Of a stretch of DNA of 64,000 nucleotides, positions 39,918 to 54,265 are shown in pieces. How positions within the stretch are numbered: the stretch's first letter is position 1; each line of letters begins with the position of its first letter. The translations under genes and the position numbers were made by a program. The DNA is from Octopus vulgaris (lineage: Eukaryota), in contig OX597818.1 in assembly GCA_951406725.2 (NCBI GenBank), forward strand, positions 30,318,001 to 30,382,000. Reading direction: 5' to 3'. The notes below the pieces were generated by a model. The model was not told the origin of the DNA. It was given only the letters and a program-made list of their open reading frames with translations, and ran no database searches.

Positions 39918-40549
39918 AACAACAAACAAGATAAGGACAAATATCTGTCAAATGTAAATAATGTATATTTTAGTAACCTATTTTTTTTGTCTGTCATCAT
40001 TATACACGCACACATATACTCGTGATGGGTTTCTTTCAGTTCCCGTCTAAGACATTTGCTCAAGGTGCCATGCAGTGGGACTGAATCCACAACCATGTGG
40101 TTGAGAAGCGAGCTTCTTACTCTACACTCACACTTGTGTCTATATTAATGCTGTTGGAAGAAGACTGAAAGCCACAGCTTCCATTTATCCTAATCTAGAA
40201 ATTAATGAGTTACTTACAACAAAGGTATCCACAATGAAAAAACTGTTGCAATGTGTTACTTGCATTGTTACATTTTCCTTTTCTAATATAGTAACATAGA
40301 CTAGTAATTGATTCATAATACTTTGTAGTAGCATTTAGTAACAGAATGGGATACCTGCTTCTGTCTCTCTGTCTCTTTGTCACACTCTATCCTTTCATCC
40401 TCTGACACAAATTGCCCTTCTCAAATGCCCTGCCACTCCCATAATTTCTTGTCTAGCAAATTACTTGGTTACCCTGCCAGTGCTGGTGCCATGGGATACT
40501 GGGATGCTAAACTTCAAATCTCATCAGTTTCAAACTTACTAGAACCAGT

Positions 40550-40940
40550 GCTTCTTTCAGTTTCAGTTTCCATCTACCAAATCAATTCACAGTGGAGGTG
40601 CATGGCTTAGTGGTTAGGGTGTTCAACTCATGATTGTGAGATTGTGGTTTTGATTCGTGGACTGGGTGGCACATTGTGTTTTTGAGCAAAAATGAGTAAT
40701 CCTGTGATGGACCACTATCCCATCCAGGTGGGGAATATATATGCCATGAAACTAGGAAATGAGCCCTTATGGGTTGTCATTACTTGAGGTGGTAACATTA
40801 CCTAGGAAGTTAATCCACTCACAAGGCTTTGGTTGGTCCAGGGCTATAGTAGAAGACACTTGCTGATGGTTCCACACAGTGGGACTGAACTCAGAACCAT
40901 GTGGTTAGGAAGCAAATTTCTTACTACACAGCCAGGCCTG
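40550..40940. mobile_element. SINE family A (-) interrupted by a second tRNA-derived SINE (+, ~40593-40810)
   Basis: Family A sequence breaks at ACCAAATC and resumes at AATCCACTCACAAGG; the insert has A box TGGCTTAGTGG. Confidence 0.7.
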
Positions 40941-41193
40941 CATCTATATAAGAAAAATTAACAATGTTAGTAACACATATTTAAATCAATGATTCCATAA
41001 GGTTCATGTCAATCATTGTTTGAATTTATGCTAATTATGACTGGGTTAGAAAACACACATGAAGACAAATGGACAACTACTAAAGAAATATTTCTGTTGC
41101 TTTTTAACTTTTGTTATAATCTCAGTAACATGAACTTGAAGTGAGATTGATGGTTTCTATCTATCTGCCTGTCAATCTATCAATCTAATTTAA

Positions 41194-41224
<31 letters not shown>

Positions 41225-41439
41225 TGTATGTATGTATGTATGTATGTATGTATGTATGTATGTATGTATGTATGTATGCAATGAATGCAATGTATGTATG
41301 TGTATATGTATTTATAAACTATTTCAACTGAATTCCTATTTTACAACTTGTGTTTCATGCCATGCCAATCATCAGGTAAGAATGTTTTGGGCTGATAATT
41401 GTTGTGTATGAAGCATATATATATACATACACACATAAA

Positions 41440-41757
41440 TCATCATCATTTAATGTCCATATTTGATGCTGGCATGGGTTGGAAGGTTTGACAGAATCTG
41501 ATGAGCCAGAGAACTGTATTGAGGTCCAAAATCTGTTTTGACATAGTTTCTACGGCTGGATGCCAACCACTTTACAGAGTGTACTGGGTACTATTCCGTG
41601 ACACCAGCACAAGTGAGGTCACCAAGTAACTCTCAAGACAGAGTAGAAGGTGCAGTATTGAGAGACATAACCTTATTCCAGATGTTGAGAAGCTAAAGTA
41701 TGATAGAGGGATGGGAATAAGTGTCATGCGATAGAGGAGATACATGGCTACCCCAGC
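41440..41757 (-). mobile_element. Repeat family B copy, diverged
   Basis: Family B signature motifs. Confidence 0.65.
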
Positions 41758-42392
41758 TAGAAAAGGAAAAAGGATGGTGGAGATGTGTTAGGACATATCC
41801 TCAAGGTAAAAGGAGGTGGATAAAGAGAGAGAATCGGAAAAGAGAATCTAAGATGGCTAAGCAGGTAGACTCTTAAAGGTATGAAAGATGAATGACAGAC
41901 TGCAAAGGTGAGAATAGAAGTGAATGAAAAGAATGGTGTGGAGGTGAAGAGACTGGTGAATTTCAGTGTGGGGCAAAATAGAGAAAATATGAGTGGGTCA
42001 AAGAGGAAAAGGTAATAGGTAGCAACACATAAAAAAGTGGAGAGAGCAATGGTGTAATAAAACATAGACAGATGAGAAATAGGGAGATGATGTGAAGTGT
42101 TGGGGAAGGAGAGAGAAGATACACAGTGACGGAGATGGAAATCAGAGGTACATAGGGGTGGATATAGTGAATGACAAAAAAAGGTGGGGCATAAATGGTA
42201 GATGTGAGAGGATGTTCAGTGGAGAAAATGTTGTAAAGGATGGAACTGGAAGTGCAGGATGGGTGGCAAAGGAAGTAGTTCTAGGAAAAGTGATAATCGA
42301 TAGCACAAAAGTGGAATGAAATATGTGCAGTTCTGCTCTCTTATAACTACATCAGCTGAGGAAATAGTGCTGTAGTTAGAGGGATGAAGGGA

Positions 42393-43232
42393 AAATGATT
42401 GATGCAGAAGAGGTATTAGATGTAGATATGAGGAGGGGACTAATAAGGCAAATAATTGCTAGTTATAGCTGTAGTTTCTTTATGATTGACAGACTACTTC
42501 TACTACTACTACTACTACTTGTATATGCACTACTCTTTACTCTTTTACTTGTTTCAGTCATTTGACTGTGGCCATGCTGGAGCACGGCCTTTAGTCGAGC
42601 AAATCGACACCCCAGGACTTATTCTTTGTAAGCCTAGTACTTATTCTATTGGTCTCTTTTGCCAAACCACTAAATGATTGATGCAGAAGAGGTATTAGAT
42701 GTAGATATGAGGAGGGGACTAATAAGGCAAATAATTGCTAGTTATAGCTGTAGTTTCTTTATGATTGACAGACTACTTCTACTACTACTACTACTACTTG
42801 TATATGCACTACTCTTTTACTCTTTTACTTGTTTCAGTCATTTGACTGTGGCCATGCTGGAGCACGGCCTTTAGTCGAGCAAATCGACACCCCAGGACTT
42901 ATTCTTTGTAAGCCTAGTACTTATTCTATTGGTCTCTTTTGCCAAACCACTAAATGATTGATGCAGAAGAGGTATTAGATGTAGATATGAGGAGGGGACT
43001 AATAAGGCAAATAATTGCTAGTTATAGCTGTAGTTTCTTTATGATTGACAGACTACTTCTACTACTACTACTACTACTTGTATATGCACTACTCTTTACT
43101 CTTTTACTTGTTTCAGTCATTTGATTGTGGCCATGCTGGAGCACGGCCTTTAGTCGAGCAAATCGACACCCCAGGACTTATTCTTTGTAAGCCTAGTACT
43201 TATTCTATTGGTCTCTTTTGCCAAACCACTAA
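42393..43232. repeat. Near-perfect tandem triplication, ~279-280 bp unit
   Basis: Units start at 42393, 42672 and 42952; each is unique flank plus the 3' part of a family A SINE. Confidence 0.95.
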
Positions 43233-43462
43233 GTTATGGGGACATAAACACAGACACACAAATATATACACACACATACATATATATATACATATATATG
43301 ATGGGCTTCTTTCAGTTTCCGTCTACCAAATCCACTCACAATGCATTGGTCGGCCTGAGGCTATAGTAGAAGACACTTGCCCAAGGTGCCATGCAGTGGA
43401 ACTGAACCCGGAACTATGTGGTTGGTAAGCAAGCTACTTACCACACAGCCACTCCTGCGCCT
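43089..43462 (-). mobile_element. SINE family A copy
   Basis: Near full-length reverse copy ending CCACTCCTGCGCC. Confidence 0.88.
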
Positions 43463-44424
43463 AAAGTAATATTAAATCACTTGCATATAGAAACATTAAT
43501 ACAATGAGCAAAAATCCTTATCTAGTAAAAATATATTTATAAATAAATAAACATAGATACAAAAATAAGGCCTAGCAAAGTACAACTATAATGAAAATAC
43601 TTCTTTTATGCAAAGAGTTGTGCAAAGAGCCTTACTAAAAGTGATAAGTATAGCTAAAGCAAAGAGAGCCTTGAAAATTATATCAACTTATATATATCAA
43701 AATAGATCCTCACCATCATCATTGTAATTTTATCAGCCACTTTTCCACACTTGCATGGATCAGTAAAATGTTGAGACACATTTCAAAATGCCTTGGTGTC
43801 CTTCTTGTCATGCACCCTTACCTGTTGCCTAGCAAGGTAATATTTCCTCTAATCCTTCAAGCACATCAGGCACAATGACCTGACATGCTTTCAAGGAAGA
43901 TTGCCAACAAATAACACCACTTGGGAGACAGTGAAGCTAGTATGCGGTGTCAAAACTAGGATACTCGTGTACATAAATAAGCATGTGCGAGCACACACAC
44001 ACACACATACATGTGCAGAGCCTCTTTGAGTTTCGGTCTGCCAAATCTGCTGACAAGGCTTTGGTTGGCATGGAGCTCTATTAGAAGACAATTGGCCAAA
44101 GTGCTATATAGTGGAACAGAATGCAAAGCCATATGATTGTGAAATGATCTTCTTTATCACACAGACCATGCCTGCACCTACAGATCCTGTATATGTATTT
44201 ATTTCAATGCCTGCCCTTTTCACAACTATATATTTGTGAAAAGGGCGGGCATTGTCTCACAAGCAGTTGTGCAGGCAAAAGTGTAAGTAAATGCGGTTGG
44301 ATTGACCTGAAAATTTGTGCACCTATGTTAAAAGTGCTTGGGAGTTTGCATGGCAACTTTGAGCTTGTTCATTTGAAAGGCATGGTCTCTAGGGCAAAAT
44401 TCATCATCTTGAGTTATAATACTA

Positions 44425-44455
<31 letters not shown>

Positions 44456-44539
44456 TATATATACATACATGCAATACATACATACATGCATACATGCATG
44501 CATACATACATACATACATACATACATACATACATACAC

Positions 44540-44914
44540 AAGTGGCTGTGTGGTAAGTAGCTTGCTTACCAACCACATGTTTCTGAGTTCAGTCCCACTG
44601 CGTGGCACCTTGGGCAAGTGTCTTCTACTATAGCCTCGGGCTGACCAAAGCCTTGTGAGTGGATTTGGTAGATGGAAACTGAAAGAAGCCCATTGCATGT
44701 GTGTGTGTTTGTATATTTGTGTGTCTGTGTTTGTCCCCCCAACATCGCTTGACAACCGATGCTGGTGTGTTTACGTCCCCGTCACGTAGCGGTTCGGCAA
44801 GAGAGGCCAATAGAATAAATACTAGGCTTACAAAGATTAAGTAATGGGGTCAATTTGCTCAACTAAAGGCAGTGCTCCAGCATGGCCACAGTTAAATGAC
44901 TGAAACAAATAAAA

Positions 44915-44918
<4 letters not shown>
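44540..44918 (+). mobile_element. SINE family A copy
   Basis: GTGGCTGTGTGGTAAG...GAGTTCAGTCCC...GACTGAAACAAATAAAAG. Confidence 0.88.
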
Positions 44919-44953
<35 letters not shown>

Positions 44954-45016
44954 ATAGGAAAAAATTTTATCAATGGCCAGCATATTAAAAAATACCTTTA
45001 AAGGTTAAATTTATAA

Positions 45017-45127
45017 ATAACTTATAAAACAAGGGCAAAAGAAAAAAATTCTAATGACAATTTGTCTATTATTTTCGGCATATTTGGCATTAGAATTTTT
45101 TTCTTTTGCCCATGTTTTATAAGTTAT
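45017..45127. repeat. Short inverted repeat between TA tracts
   Basis: 45017-45060 versus 45083-45127. Confidence 0.85.
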
Positions 45128-45144
45128 ATATATATATATATATT

Positions 45145-45445
45145 AGGTAGTGAGATCGATTCCCTGACCAGGCTGCGTGTTGTGTTCTTGAATGAGACAC
45201 TTTATTTCACGTCGCTCTTTCATTTTATTTCAACTATAGAAATGAGTTGCGACATCACTGGTGCCAAGCTGTATTGGCCTTTGCCTTTCCCGTGGACAAA
45301 ATCAGTGGTGTGAACAGGGGAGGCTGGTATGCATGGGTGACTGCTGGTTGTCACCCATGCTCAAACCTGTACCTTGGAGAGGAACTTTCTAAATGCAGTC
45401 TCATGGTCATTCATGACCAAAGAGGGTCTATGTCCTTTATCCTTT
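45145..45445 (+). mobile_element. Additional 5'-truncated tRNA-derived SINE
   Basis: B-box-like GAGATCGATTCC followed by TGTGTTCTTGAATGAGACACTTTA. Confidence 0.55.
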
Positions 45446-45455
45446 TATATATATG

Positions 45456-45496
<41 letters not shown>

Positions 45497-45954
45497 CATA
45501 CATACATACATACAGACAGACAGATTAGATGGTGAATTTGTCATGGCAATGAACAGAATGATAGAATGCCTCATATTTTCTTCTGACTTTCTGCACTTCA
45601 AGTTCAGATTTTGTTACGGTCAACTTTGCCATACATCTTTCTGGGGTTGAGAAAAAAGTACCAATCCAGAGTGGTTGATTAGCAGAACTTTTAGAGAGTC
45701 AGACAAGATGCTTTGCCGTTCTGATAGCAACACCTGTGACAGCATTGATGCCAAGCTGTACTGATCTAAGCGTGTGCCCTTTCTCGTTAAATAATAATTA
45801 GTAACATGAAGAAGAGATTTTTGCATGAATAGGTAACTGCCAGTCTTTTACAAAATATCTTGCCTGGGCCTACAGATACGTGTGCAGATGCTTTGCAACC
45901 TAGACCAATACAGACCCCTATGTATGTATGTATGTATATACATACATACATACA

Positions 45955-45985
<31 letters not shown>

Positions 45986-46034
45986 GAGGTGCATTCAAAA
46001 GGTATCCAACTAATTTTTCCTGTCAAAATTAATG

Positions 46035-46400
46035 TCTGTTGTGGCATGGCTTCTACAGCTGGATGCCCTTCCTAACACCAACCACTTAACAGAGTGTGCT
46101 GAGTGCTTCGTACATGCCACTAGCACAGGTGCATTTGCACAGCACTGGCATGGGTGCATTTATGCAACACTGGAATGGGTGCTTTTTATGAGGACTGGCA
46201 TCTGAAAGCCTGTATGTGTGGAAAACAGCTTGATTTATCAAGTACAGCAAATCGCCTCATCTCCCAGTCCCTTATCATTCCTCAGTGAAGCCCAATGTCT
46301 GAAGATCCTTTTTTACCACCTCATTCCGCGTCTTCCTGGGTCTACCTCTTCCACATGTGCTCTCCACAATTAGACCTCAGCACTTCTTTATGCAACTGTC
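46035..46400 (-). mobile_element. RTE 3' coding end joined to family B sequence
   Basis: 46315-46400 resembles RTE 26750-26836 and runs into family B motifs on the same strand. Confidence 0.65.
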
Positions 46401-46402
46401 CT

Positions 46403-46720
46403 TTTAAGTGTTGGACCTCATTAAGGTAATGACAAATGACCAAGACCTTTGGCATTATATCATGCTTGAGAAGAAGGCTCATCAAGCCAAGTGAAATTAT
46501 AGTTGTGGCAGATACTGATGTTGTGCAAATGGTACCTGTGCTGGTGGCACATAAAAGCACTCATTATACTCTCGGAGTGGTTGGCGCTAAGAAGGGCATC
46601 CAGTCATAGAAATCATGCCAAATCAAACTAGAGTCTGGTACAGCCTTCCAGCTTGCCAGCCCTGGTCAAACCGTCCAACCCATGCCAGAATGGATAACAG
46701 ATGTTAAATGATGATGATGA
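46403..46720 (+). mobile_element. Repeat family B copy
   Basis: GGTGGCACATAAAAGCAC...CCGTCCAACCCATGC...(GAT)n. Confidence 0.75.
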
Positions 46721-47210
46721 TTGTGATGATGATGATGAGGGGGAGGAGGAGGATGGTGATGATGATGATGACGATGATTATGGGGAGGAGTGTTACTGTC
46801 TCCTTCCATTGATATCACATGATAATTGTATTGCCATCATGCAAACAGTGTCCCTCATTTGCAATCTTCTGTGAAAAGTAAGATATTATTAACCCATGGC
46901 CAGACATAGCTAATCATGGTGGAATATTACTTTACTCAGAAACAGGAAGGGTGTATAACAATAAAAAATCTGCCTCAACAATTTCCGTCCAGTTTACGCA
47001 AGCATGGAAAAGCAGATATTAAAAGTGATGATTATGATGATATATATATATCATCATAACAGCCATGAACTCACGTTATTTGTCAGGTCAGCCATAAACT
47101 CAGGACCCAACAAATAACATGAGTTCATGGCTGCTTCGTGCACCAGCTTCACATAGCAGCTCCAGCCCATCCAAAGTACCTTAGATCGCAGGATGGCCTG
47201 CTGTGCTTAC

Positions 47211-47641
47211 CTTGGATCATAGGGTGACCTGCTGTGCTTGAGGAGACCTATTGAGTCAAGTACATCAGCATCAAAATTAAAATCAAATGGAAATTGTAGT
47301 TGTGAAAACCTTTGCTGCTGGCATGTAAAAAAGCACCATCCGAATGTGGCCAACGCCAGTGCCGCCTTGATTGGCTTCCGTGCTGGTGGCATGTAAAAAG
47401 CACCAACCAATCGTGGCTGTTGCCAGCCTCCCCGGGCACTTGTACCAGTGGTACGTAAAAAGCACCCACTACATTTATGGAGTGGTTGGCATTAGGAAGG
47501 GCATCCAGCTGTAGAAACACTGCCAGATCAGACTGGAGCCTAGTGCAGCCTCCTGGCTTCCCAGACCCCGGTCGAACCGTCCAACCCATGCTAGCATGGA
47601 AAACGGACATTAAACAATGATGATGATGATGATGATGATGA
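47211..47641 (+). mobile_element. Repeat family B copy with internal subrepeats
   Basis: Three GGTGGCA(C/T)GTAAAAAGCACC-type modules and a (GAT)n tail. Confidence 0.8.
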
Positions 47642-48327
47642 TATATATATATAAGTTGATTTTATTTTCAAGCACTTCTTCCTTTATCATTATATGTGTG
47701 CCATTATAAACAAAATGTTGGAACTCAGTTACAATTTCGAGATTATGTCAAGAAGTTTGTCCAATAACAGTTTGTTTTAATGATGATGGATATTGCTTGT
47801 TATTCTTGATGGGAAATTATGGAGAGACAATTAGCAAAACAAAATTCATTTTCAATAAATGAATGCAATAAATCATTTAACTTTGATGGATATTCAGTTC
47901 ACTTCTTGTATCTCAATTTCCAAAGTAATCTTTATAGAATTTTCTTGAACACTACTGGAAAGCAATGTTTTGTTTTCTTTTTCTTTTTCTTCCCCCATAA
48001 GTATGTTAGCTGTCTACAGCTAATAACAAGCAAGTGCAATTGATGCAAAAGTGTTACTGCCAATGCTATCAGTACTAACTACGGTAACCTGTGTCCCCAG
48101 TAAAACTAATTAAGTCATCATTATTTAACTTTTTTTATTGATTGATCAATTACTGCATTCTTTCTATCATTGTTGTTATTATTATCCCCATCAAGAGTGT
48201 GGTTCATGGCAAAATTGGTAAAATGCCAAACAAAACACTTTGTAGCATTTAGTTATGCCTTTACAGTTTGAATTTAAATCCTGATAAGGGTTGATAAAAT
48301 AAGTAGTAGTCAAGTACTTGAATCAAT

Positions 48328-48520
48328 TTAACCCTTTAGCACTGCGATTAACCCTTTAGCACTGTTGTAATGCTTATTTATTCACATTGTTTTGAACTAA
48401 TCATGCATTATCTCATAATTTCAAGATATTGATGATGCAATTTTGTTTTTAGAATGACATTGTCGGGTAGGTGTGAGAGGCCAGATCTGGCCAGTTTGAA
48501 CATAAAACAAGCAGAATACT
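48328..48520 (+). mobile_element. Truncated piggyBac-type MITE
   Basis: TTAA-CCCTTTAGCA terminus (duplicated); the right TIR is not seen. Confidence 0.5.
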
Positions 48521-49124
48521 AATTATTCTCTACTCTGAAATTTGTGACCCCGTACCTTTTATTGAAAACTAATAGATGAAAGAATCCGTAGAACACCTGA
48601 CAAAATGACTCACAGTGTATAGTTATGTCCTTCTATGTCCTGAGTTCAAATCTTGCTAGGATTGGCTTTGACTTTCTTCCCTACTGCAATTAATATATGA
48701 ATGAAGTCCTAGAGTCAGTTAAATCAGCTACACTTCCCTCTCCAAATTTGTGCTCATGTCTCAAGGCAAGAGATTACTATTATTGTTGTAGCACAAATAC
48801 TACACTGTCCTCACTAATTACTGTTGAAATGTCTTCAAATATCTTTACACGTTGAGTTTGAATCCTCCTGAAATCAATTTTGCTTTCGTATTTTTCAGCA
48901 TTGATAATTTCTTTTTAAAAAATGAATAACATACTAGACTCAATACAATTTGTCTGGACATATACTCTTTTTACGGTCAAGTTTGTGCATTTTCATGGTT
49001 GTTACAGTGTGGATTCAGTAATAAATGCCAGGTTATTCACTGGAGTTTATTTACTCAGTCCTACTCTTCCTCTTCAAAAATTTATCATTATCATTGCTAT
49101 TAAGTACAACTACATTCCAGGTTA

Positions 49125-49485
49125 GATTGTGTGGCTAAGAAACTTGTTTTCCAACCATAAGGTCTTGGGTTGAATCCCAATGCATGGCATCTTGGGCAAG
49201 TCTCTTCTACTATAGTCCTGGACTAACCAAAGTCTTGTGAGTAGATTTGGTAGATGGAAACTGAAAGAAGACTGTTGTATGTATGCATGTATGTCTGTGT
49301 GTGTGTTCATGTGCATATGTGTGTGTGCATGTGTGTTTGTGTGTGTGTGTGTGTTCGTATCCTTGTCAAGATGTTTGTAAATGAGCATCATCATCATTAC
49401 ACAAGTGAGGTTATTTTTGTGAAATGTCAGTCTTTTGTGAAATGACATATCTAGCTATAGGAAAATATTACCTTACTTGGAAACA
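49125..49485 (+). mobile_element. SINE family A variant (alternative 3' half)
   Basis: Family A head and CORE-like segment with a different tail, similar to 62322-62800. Confidence 0.65.
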
Positions 49486-50127
49486 AGAAACTACAGAGAT
49501 GTACTTGCATAGCAAGTGATTTGATCTGAGATCGTGTGCTGAAACGAAAACAATTGCAGCGTGGAAGGTGTTTGTAAGCCATTTAAAAAACACACAAAAG
49601 CCGTTCGATTCACTTCAACATTTAAGTTTAATTTGTCAAAATATTTTCGTCGCTTTAAGACCGCGACCTGTTCACGCCTCAACAAATTTCGTCTGTCTCA
49701 GACAAGCATAGAAGAGTGTAAGTTAGATGATTATTCTTATTAACATTATCATTACTATTATTGTTGTTGAAAAAAAAAGATGATAGTCTTGATTTTACAC
49801 TTTTTAGTTTTGTCACTTTCACTTCTAAATTAAAGAATTACTAAGGTTAATTCTCTCCAGCTAGAATGATAAAATAAGTTATTTGTTGATTAAATGTCAA
49901 AATTTCTGAGATGATTTGTTGCTAATAAAATTTCAGTTTTTCAATCTATTAACCTTACTTTTGGAGATGAAAGTAAATATTTAGTATTAACATCTACACT
50001 GTTTCAACTGGTTTGATCTTCATTTGTCATCAGGTTCCACACCTGAATCCAGACAAGCAATATGCACATACCTAGGCATAAGACACTTAATGACAATAAG
50101 GAATCAAATGTTGTCAAGATATGTAAA

Positions 50128-50345
50128 TATTGGTTTCCAATTTTGGCACAAGGCCAGCAATTCGGGGGTGGGGGCAAGTTGATTACATTGAATCCAGTGC
50201 TCAACTGGTATTTATTTTATCGACCCTGAAAAGATGAAAGGCAATGTCAACCTCAACAAAATTTGAATTCAGAACATAAAGTCAGATGAAATACCACTAA
50301 GCATTTTGCCTGGTGTGTTAAGGATTCTGCCAGCTTGCTGCCTTA
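50128..50345 (-). mobile_element. SINE family C copy
   Basis: Full reverse copy. Confidence 0.78.
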
Positions 50346-50689
50346 TAGATATGTAAATATTAAACTGAATATTTCAACATCGGGGATGAGATTAACAGAC
50401 AGAGAACTTAAAATCTTAGATCAACAGATATTTACTGAGGTTAATGAAACTGGATGTTTCCATTTCACTATATGACTTTCTACCTAAGAAATATCATTCA
50501 AGTGGGTAGAATTGTTAAATGGTCTGGAAAAATGGTTTGTGGTATTTGTTCCAACTCTACATTTTCAGTTCAAATCCTACCAAGGTTAACATTGCCTTTC
50601 ACTGTCTTGAGTTCAATAAAATTAAATACCAGTCAAGTACTGGGATCAATGGTAACATTCTTCCACTGCTCTAGGGATCAATTCTGTAG

Positions 50690-51277
50690 ATTTTTACTCC
50701 ACTCTAAACACTTTGCAACATTTGTTTTTGAAAATAATGGTTTTCTGATTGCAGCCCTCCTGTGAAATATGGCTTTGTGCAGCTCCTGGTGAACAGTTTT
50801 TGTGGAAACTGGGTTCTTGAGGTGGTCATTAAGTTCGGCAGTAATTTTTGGAGCTGTACTTTTGTGATCCTTTCTAACAATTCGCGTAAGAGTCCAATGT
50901 TCCCTATCTGAAAGTTCTGGCTTTCTTCAGGAGTTTTGTTTCGACAAAGAGATTTTTCCCTCTTTCTCAAAGGCTGTCATTACTTTCGAGACAGTACTTC
51001 TTGACACACCAAGCATTTCAGCTATTTTCGTTATGCTAGCCCCTGCCATACAACAACTTGACCTCTTTAAAAGTCCGATAGATCTGTTATTGTAATGAAT
51101 TTTAATTACCTTTTTCTGATGATATCTGAAAAGAAACAGCAATCTTAACAAAACATATTAAGCAACATTAATAAAATATCAAAAAACAAAAATAAACAAG
51201 CTTTTGATGGTTTTATAGATATTTCAAAATTATGATGCTATGATGCTACGTGTTTCCATTATTTTGTACAATCTCTG
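50690..51277 (-). mobile_element. Tc1-like transposon, 5' half
   Basis: AGASITKIAEMLGVSRSTVSKVM HTH, then LTRIVRKDHKSTAPKITAELN...AAIRKPL; TA-CAGAG terminus at 51277. Confidence 0.85.
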
Positions 51278-51357
51278 TACATCTCTTTATATATATATGG
51301 ACCAGTGTGTTACCCCGCTCCAAAGCATATGTATGTATGTATGAATGTATGTATGTA

Positions 51358-51392
<35 letters not shown>

Positions 51393-51444
51393 GTATGTAT
51401 ATATGTATGTGTGTTATATATGTGTATGTATATATATATATATT

Positions 51445-51803
51445 CTCTTATTCTTTTACTGGTTTCAGTCATTTGACTGTGGCCATGCTGGAGCACTGCC
51501 TTTAGTCAAATGAATTGACCCCAGGACTTATTTTTTGTAAGTCTAGTACTTATTCTATCAGTCTCTTGTGCCAAACTGCTAAGTTACAGGGACGTAAACA
51601 CACCAACATCAGTTATCAAGCGATGGTAAGGAGACAAACACACACACACACACACACACGCACATATGTATACAAAACGGGCTTCTTTCAGTTTCCATCT
51701 ACTAATCCATTCACAAGCCTGAGGCTATGCTAGAAGATACTTGTTCAAGGTGCCATGCTGTGGGACTGAACCTGGAACGATGTGGTTGGCAAGCAAGCTC
51801 CTT
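51445..51803 (-). mobile_element. SINE family A copy
   Basis: Reverse copy with internal (CA)n. Confidence 0.82.
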
Positions 51804-51816
51804 ATGTATCTGTATA

Positions 51817-51853
<37 letters not shown>

Positions 51854-52449
51854 ATGTATAGGTGCATAAATTTTACGATTGCAATATGCTTCTGTATTCT
51901 ATTTTCTACTTGTTTGTTTTGTTTATTATGTGGTTGAAATTATCATCATCATCATCATCATCATTGTCATCATCGTCGTTGTCATCACGACGACCAACAT
52001 TATTGTAAAAGAAACTCTATCGGTCGATCATTGTAATCAGATAAAATGCTTATGACAAAAGCATTAGAATCACAATTTCCTATAGTCGCTTCCTTAAATT
52101 CACAGGCATCATCTGTTAAAAAAAAAAATGAAACAAAAACACACACACACAGACACAGACAAAAGACCAAATATTTTGTGTTTGGGCAGGTGAGTTACAA
52201 CAAACAGTTGGGAACTGTACTAGATGCTTTGCGGCATCAGGCTTGCTTCTGGTGTTTTTGTATTGCGAGTCACATTTAAATAAAGTTTGATGTTTATCCT
52301 TTTGAAGGATACATTAAGTGCCAGCAGCTTATTGGAATCAATTCATTGATTGGCTTGTCTTCTTGTTTTCTTGCTTTTAGGAAGAAAAAATTGAAAAGGA
52401 AAACTGCTGTTGCTATCATATTTATTACCATTATCATCAAAATCCATGT

Positions 52450-53240
<791 letters not shown>

Positions 53241-53242
53241 AT

Positions 53243-53640
53243 ATTTTTTCTTCTGTAGTTTCAGCTCAGAGCTGCAGTCATACTGATGCACTGCCGTTTT
53301 GCTACACTGTTATTACTGTGAACCTCCTCCATTATGTGGCACTTGGTGAAGAATGGAGTTTGATGTAGCTACCCCCATTTGCACCTCTTGATGTGAAGTA
53401 GATTCATCTGGGACTCTCGACAGGAAGAGGTCCAGCTTTGATTTTAAAATGCCAACATCTACTTTGTGCAGGTTTCTCAGGCTCTTTGGGGGAATATTAA
53501 AAAGCTGTGGGACCCTGAAACCCAGGCTGTTGCAGTAACTGGTCCTGAAGCATGATGGCGTTGCTGGGATCTTTGGCACTATGCAGTGTCATCCCAGTCT
53601 GGCATTGGTGTAGCTTTCAATGCCAAAATTTGGCACAATT
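53243..53640 (-). mobile_element. CR1/L2-group LINE 3' fragment
   Basis: NSLGFRVPQLFNIPPKSLRNL..VGILKSKLDLFLSRVPDE. Confidence 0.75.
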
Positions 53641-53754
53641 CTCTGCTTTTCTTCTCTGCTTTTGCCCAACCCCACCTTGTATACTGTTTTATACTATGAT
53701 CTCCCCACACAAAACAAAGTTTCATAAAAATTGTAGTACCTCAATGGTCAATTA

Positions 53755-54265
53755 CAGAAAAGATAGATGGCATGACAGGCCTTGACTATTGGAGTCAACT
53801 AGAAAAGCTCAAGCTTTATTCCCTACAACGCCGCCGTGAGTGCTACATCATCTGCATGATGTGGAAAATATTCCATCAGCAGTGCCCAAATGATGTTGGC
53901 ATTACTGTTAAGATACACCCAGGACTTGGACCCTGTGCTATCCGCCCACAACATAAATCATACTCGTATCTTATAACAACAATGTGGCACAATTTTTTCA
54001 CCTCAATTGGCCCCACACTTTTTAACATTACACCAAAACACATTAAAACAGAAACAGACCCCATAAAGTTCAAGAAGTCTTTGGACAAATTCCTTTAAAA
54101 AATCCAGGATAAACCTCATACACCCGGATATGTCTCCGCAAACAATAACTCTCTCCTCGAGTGGGCCATGTTGTTCGATTCCTGATTTGAATGACTTTGC
54201 CGGGTGGTGCTATTAAGTTAGACATGGCCTGGGCTAATACTAGCTGAAAAGTATCAAAGTACATA
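53755..54265 (+). mobile_element. CR1/L2-group LINE 3' fragment, different family
   Basis: LDYWSQLEKLKLYSLQRRRECYII..WKI and GPTLFNITPKHIK..KFKKSLDKFL. Confidence 0.8.

Noticed and set aside
51960-52290. CpG-containing unique segment with a CAG|GTGAGT donor, a possible first exon
   Set aside because: No supporting ORF or promoter evidence; needs transcript data.
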